Source of the DNA: an uncultured Desulfosarcina sp.
GTDB lineage: Bacteria; Desulfobacterota; Desulfobacteria; Desulfobacterales; Desulfosarcinaceae
DNA length: 64,000 bases
Direction: 5' to 3'
NCBI GenBank assembly: GCA_963674945.2
Contig: CAXXWQ010000003.1
Span: 1,664,001 to 1,728,000, forward strand
The notes beneath the pieces are model-generated. The model was given only the letters and a program-made list of their open reading frames with translations, did no database searches and had not been told where the DNA came from. Each line of letters opens with the position of its first letter. Position 1 is the first letter of the stretch. Shown piece by piece: positions 61,301 through 64,000 of the stretch. Made by a program: the position numbers and the translations under genes.

Positions 61301-62538
61301 TACGAAGCGGTGCATCCATTTCCCAACCCGGAATGATGGAAACCTTTTTGGATGTGGGCATCAATGAAACCATTGCCGAGGGCCTGGCCCATAAGATGGA
61401 TAACTCCTGGTTTGCCTGGGACAACTACCGGCGTTTTATGCAATGCTACGGCATGGCCTTCGGGCTGGAACGTGATGTCTTCGACGCCATCATGGCCGAC
61501 TTTAAAACAAGGCTGGGCATCCCATTGAAAAAGGGCTTCACCGGAGAGCAGATGAAAATGGTGGCCCGGGCATACCGGGCCCGAATCCAGGATGAAGGGG
61601 TAACGGTATTGGACGACCCCATGGAACAATTGTTTATGACCATCAAGGCGGTCTTCTCCTCCTGGGACTCTCCCAGGGCCAAGACCTACCGCAAAATCAT
61701 GGGGATCTCCAACGACTGGGGGACCGCCGTTACGGTGCAACAGATGGTCTTCGGCAACATCTCCAGCCAGGCAGGATCCGGTGTCTTGTTCACCCACAAT
61801 CCACGTTGGTCGGCGGATACGTTGAGCCTGTGGGGGGATTTCACCGTCGGGAACCAGGGGGAGGACGTGGTCGCAGGACTGGTGAGAACCCTTCCCATCT
61901 CGGTCCAACAGCAAGAGACCGAAATGCGGGATACGGACATTACCTTGGAGACCCACTATCCCGGCATTTATCAGGCCATTCGCAAGTGGGCCGCGGAACT
62001 GATTTACAAGCGGGGATGGAGTCCCCAGGAGATGGAGTTCACCTTCGAAGGGCCGTCGGCTGACGATATCTATCTCCTCCAGACACGCGACATGGCCATT
62101 AGAGAAAGAAAGACGGTGCTCGCCTTCGACGTGGACGCCAAGCACGATGATCGATATCTGGGTCACGGCATCGGCGTCGCAGGCGGTGCGATGTCGGGCA
62201 GAGCCGTTTTTTCCCTGGCCGAAATCGATCACTGGCGAAAAACCGAATCGGACTGTGCCCTCATCCTCATTCGGGGCGACACGGTTCCCGACGATATTAA
62301 AGAGATCTATGCCAGTGACGGCCTTCTCACGGCCAGGGGCGGTGTGACCAGCCATGCGTCGGTGGTCGCCCACCGTTTGGGAAAAACCTGTGTGGTGGGG
62401 TGCGGTTCTTTGGTGTGTGATGAGAAAGAGAAAATTGCCCGGTTCGATACCGATGTCATTCGATCGGGGGACCACATTAGCATTGACGGTCGCGGAGGAT
62501 CGGTCTATCAAGGGGTGATAAAGATCCGTGAAACCTAA
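58354..62538 (+). CDS. PPDK-related dikinase: ~900-aa unknown N-terminal domain + ATP-grasp + phospho-His domain, no PEP/pyruvate barrel
   Basis: GNKG..L...PVPPGF (aa 910), SVRSG...PGMM, AV.VQ.MVFGN, QGEDVVAG, EFT.E..LLQTR, GGVTSHA (His1334); ends at SIDG..G.VY.G. Confidence 0.88.
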   Translation: MTGIKSKALEANLATTQVDVAIDPKFECIQAVMSRYYGLMEGVNIFLQELSHPYRNWQFIVNEARTYALDYFHLFQPHPRGVEATEIMVDIFIEVIAADVENGVCTDAVDNLLLYLRQVIDASRERLPDFLPVIIGAFDKIGSCPDDRFFLFTSSFYPIKRIIRLFGDRGSEFITDYSVLNALLIRTFATTYDFWSGIKDPWESFESSAGQINNPDRVQKCFSSISHKVLDDWKNRLDQMARLSDQSSRTLFDQLLTLEDFSAIVEKYRKLPQILLETGANEGKGNQWKVIFLFHILGISGLKSIHEEALRDINRTVGWLIENESYRNVGDLIEKTFSILKTQTEQFPATTLTCVLNMGQAVFQTDEIDLVNYFIDQVVDLGFQAPMLGGVGNDWQIQVNATHLQNVRTWLELIECKPKWSSRLLSNLIIKLSLSGIFIKDTDLFPRDITRLLNSDIGPVYNLVKQLSRLFPAYFNDIGAEGILRDISTKLDEITHRRDKLIHFLRKQSHVQSSNRIIRFMEAVLHFWQTRDKRPLSPFVPPDIYDQIEIHGKYIDGVNALFAHLASKGLSLPDELLIETDERIQTLLSDKTDADPVDIERVVLIATFYKLLDHKYQVDHKSLRHHVDQLDKESFSNIGRLKQALDEPELKQRLFSLMDYLERLQRVILSTETFEIRSDIYKKRHITIDIPSMYGSYHERKFDSLGLTFRIESLVNVLFEELVDRINLGLITRATFHEIYERLTLFHKALLLDGIHSVEFEQQLDLLAHALEVRGFTFTQYLDIFKGFAVAVKNIINDYFNNIHGQNLTRILSNMPTDQILDKFLGQERIVDSEKVKHRISEIFFRDRIAASLGLQQLDLFLTRILNTLFHQSNMLPEDKLHLLLDYDPQRIITGLTKTNNKAIGIIYMGNKGLNLLKLRSLGYPVPPGFIVTTEAFRCRELIDDFEPVRKNLEHQVAEYLQLLQKFSGKRYGDPGNPLLLSVRSGASISQPGMMETFLDVGINETIAEGLAHKMDNSWFAWDNYRRFMQCYGMAFGLERDVFDAIMADFKTRLGIPLKKGFTGEQMKMVARAYRARIQDEGVTVLDDPMEQLFMTIKAVFSSWDSPRAKTYRKIMGISNDWGTAVTVQQMVFGNISSQAGSGVLFTHNPRWSADTLSLWGDFTVGNQGEDVVAGLVRTLPISVQQQETEMRDTDITLETHYPGIYQAIRKWAAELIYKRGWSPQEMEFTFEGPSADDIYLLQTRDMAIRERKTVLAFDVDAKHDDRYLGHGIGVAGGAMSGRAVFSLAEIDHWRKTESDCALILIRGDTVPDDIKEIYASDGLLTARGGVTSHASVVAHRLGKTCVVGCGSLVCDEKEKIARFDTDVIRSGDHISIDGRGGSVYQGVIKIRET

Positions 62539-62593
62539 CCCGATACCATTGTTGTTTGGGTTCATAGCAACACAATAACAGGAGGATCGTGGT

Positions 62594-63841
62594 ATGAATG
62601 AAGGAGAGATGAAGATCGGCATAAATGGACTCGGCCGAATTGGAAAACTCACCGCCTGGCACCATGTGGGTAGGCGCTACTTCAATGAAATCGTAGTCAA
62701 CATCGGCAGACAGGCGGGAACCGGCCTCGCCGATATCGCCCACTACCTGGAACGGGATTCGACATACGGCGCATTGCATACCTTTTTGCACGGCCAATCT
62801 GCTGAACCGGTGATCACAGATGTAGACGAAGCGTCGGGAACCATGGTTGTGGATGGTATCACCGTCCGTTTTCTGCGAAGCGCCCGATCTCCGAAGGATA
62901 TTGACTGGAAATCCCATGGCGTGAGACTCGTTGTGGAAACCACAGGACAGTTTTTGGATCCGACCTTGCCAGCGGATCACGCCAAAGGCTCGGTTCGCGG
63001 GCATCTGGAGGCCGGTGCCGAAAAGGTGGTGGTCTCCGCCCCCTTCAAGATAAAGCAGGATGGCGCCCCCATACCCGAAGATGCCATCACCACGGTCATG
63101 GGTATCAATGCAAACGACTACGACCCGCGCCGTCACCGAATCATCTCCAATGCGTCGTGCACGACCACCTGTCTGGCCCACATGATGAAGCCCCTGATAA
63201 ACGCCTTCGGCGCCAATCGAATCTTGTCGGCCTCCATGACGACGGTACATGCGGCCACCGGTTCCCAGCAGGTATTGGACCGCCTTCCCAAATCGGGAAA
63301 AACCGATTTGAGGAAAAACCGTTCAATTCTGAACAATATTATTCTCACCTCCACCGGTGCGGCAAAGGCCCTACGGTTGGTCATTCCCGAGATGGAGCAA
63401 ATCGGGTTCATTGCCGAATCGGTAAGGGTGCCCGTCAGTTCGGGATCTCTGATCATCCTTGTTCTCAGCATCCAGGAAAGCCCATCGGAAGCGCCCATTC
63501 GCAAGGATGTGATCAACAGCGTGTACGAACAGGCCGCACAGCTGGACCCCAAAAAATACCTCCAATATTCTCATAAGCAGAATGTATCCGGAGATATCCT
63601 GGGCACCCCACGGGCCGCCACCGTCATCGAAGGGAAAGAAACCCATACCAGAACGGCGGACCTGAGTCTGGACCTGGCCAGTATTCCCGGTTTTTCCCAA
63701 ACCGTGCTCGACAGTCTCAAGGAGACAATGGTACACGCACCCGTGACCCAGGCCGTCATCTATGGCTGGTATGACAACGAGATGGGCAGCTATGTGAACA
63801 TGCTCGGAGACCGAACGGTCACCGTCGCCGAAAACCTGTGA
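62594..63841 (+). CDS. gap: Glyceraldehyde-3-phosphate dehydrogenase family protein, atypical long form
   Basis: GINGLGRIG, DSTYG, SNASCTTTCL, TVHA, TSTGAAKA, RVP, WYDNE. Confidence 0.88.
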   Translation: MNEGEMKIGINGLGRIGKLTAWHHVGRRYFNEIVVNIGRQAGTGLADIAHYLERDSTYGALHTFLHGQSAEPVITDVDEASGTMVVDGITVRFLRSARSPKDIDWKSHGVRLVVETTGQFLDPTLPADHAKGSVRGHLEAGAEKVVVSAPFKIKQDGAPIPEDAITTVMGINANDYDPRRHRIISNASCTTTCLAHMMKPLINAFGANRILSASMTTVHAATGSQQVLDRLPKSGKTDLRKNRSILNNIILTSTGAAKALRLVIPEMEQIGFIAESVRVPVSSGSLIILVLSIQESPSEAPIRKDVINSVYEQAAQLDPKKYLQYSHKQNVSGDILGTPRAATVIEGKETHTRTADLSLDLASIPGFSQTVLDSLKETMVHAPVTQAVIYGWYDNEMGSYVNMLGDRTVTVAENL

Positions 63842-63894
63842 GCTTTTATGTCGGGAAAATTTTCGTAAAAATGTAAAACGCCCGGTTTCGGAAC

Positions 63895-63924
63895 TTGACG
63901 ATATCCCAGGTGGGAACCTATACT
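63895..63924 (+). promoter_or_regulatory. Putative sigma-70 promoter for the next gene beyond the window
   Basis: TTGACG-N18-TATACT. Confidence 0.45.
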
Positions 63925-64000
63925 GATGGCAACATATGGAAGGTTAACGGTGCCGGGCCGAATTGCCCGTGCGAGGGCGAAAACATGAAGGATCTCCCCG

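Noticed and set aside
58354..62538. Calling the 1394-aa gene ppdK, or a truncated ppdK pseudogene
   Set aside because: It lacks the pyruvate barrel but ends exactly at the His-domain boundary with no barrel remnant downstream, and has intact catalytic motifs.
60319..63250. Long antisense ORFs (299, 454 and 257 aa)
   Set aside because: They lie opposite the dikinase and gap genes, have no motifs, and are expected antisense shadows in GC-rich coding DNA.
1..64000. CRISPR array, tRNA, rRNA, prophage, PEP-CTERM or exosortase genes
   Set aside because: No regularly spaced repeats, cloverleafs or corresponding protein motifs seen by eye.

Overview
Bacterial chromosomal window, most likely from a sulfate-reducing Desulfobacterales/Desulfosarcina-like organism (inferred from gene content and repeat families). 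1-7 kb holds housekeeping genes: a DUF1998 DEAH helicase fused to a DEDD exonuclease that runs off the left edge and is missing from the ORF track, a CNNM/CBS protein, efp, a TrpF-like protein and a gamma-carbonic-anhydrase-like protein. About 7.1-43.9 kb is a mostly AT-rich, minus-strand surface-polysaccharide locus. It encodes CDP/C-methyl sugar synthesis, a Wzm/Wzt ABC exporter, many glycosyltransferases, two acyltransferases, a Wzy/WaaL-like protein, WecA, a short OPX protein plus beta-barrel, a PCP and a BY-kinase, but no recognisable Wzx. An IS1380 element with a 6-bp target duplication has clipped the C-terminus of one glycosyltransferase. 44.6-49.9 kb is a divergent pair of surface proteins (LamG/PKD with a C-terminal CFI tail; PKD/SGNH lipoprotein). 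50-58 kb encodes LOG, STAS, hydrolase, ABM, YhdH, FRG and unknown proteins. 58-64 kb is the best candidate for an undescribed system: a 1394-aa dikinase with PPDK ATP-grasp and phospho-His domains, no pyruvate-binding barrel and a ~900-aa unknown N-terminal domain. It lies directly upstream of an atypical GAPDH and divergent from a 748-aa unknown protein. Short ERIC/MITE-like repeats and three sigma-54 promoter motifs are also visible. No rRNA, tRNA or CRISPR array was seen.
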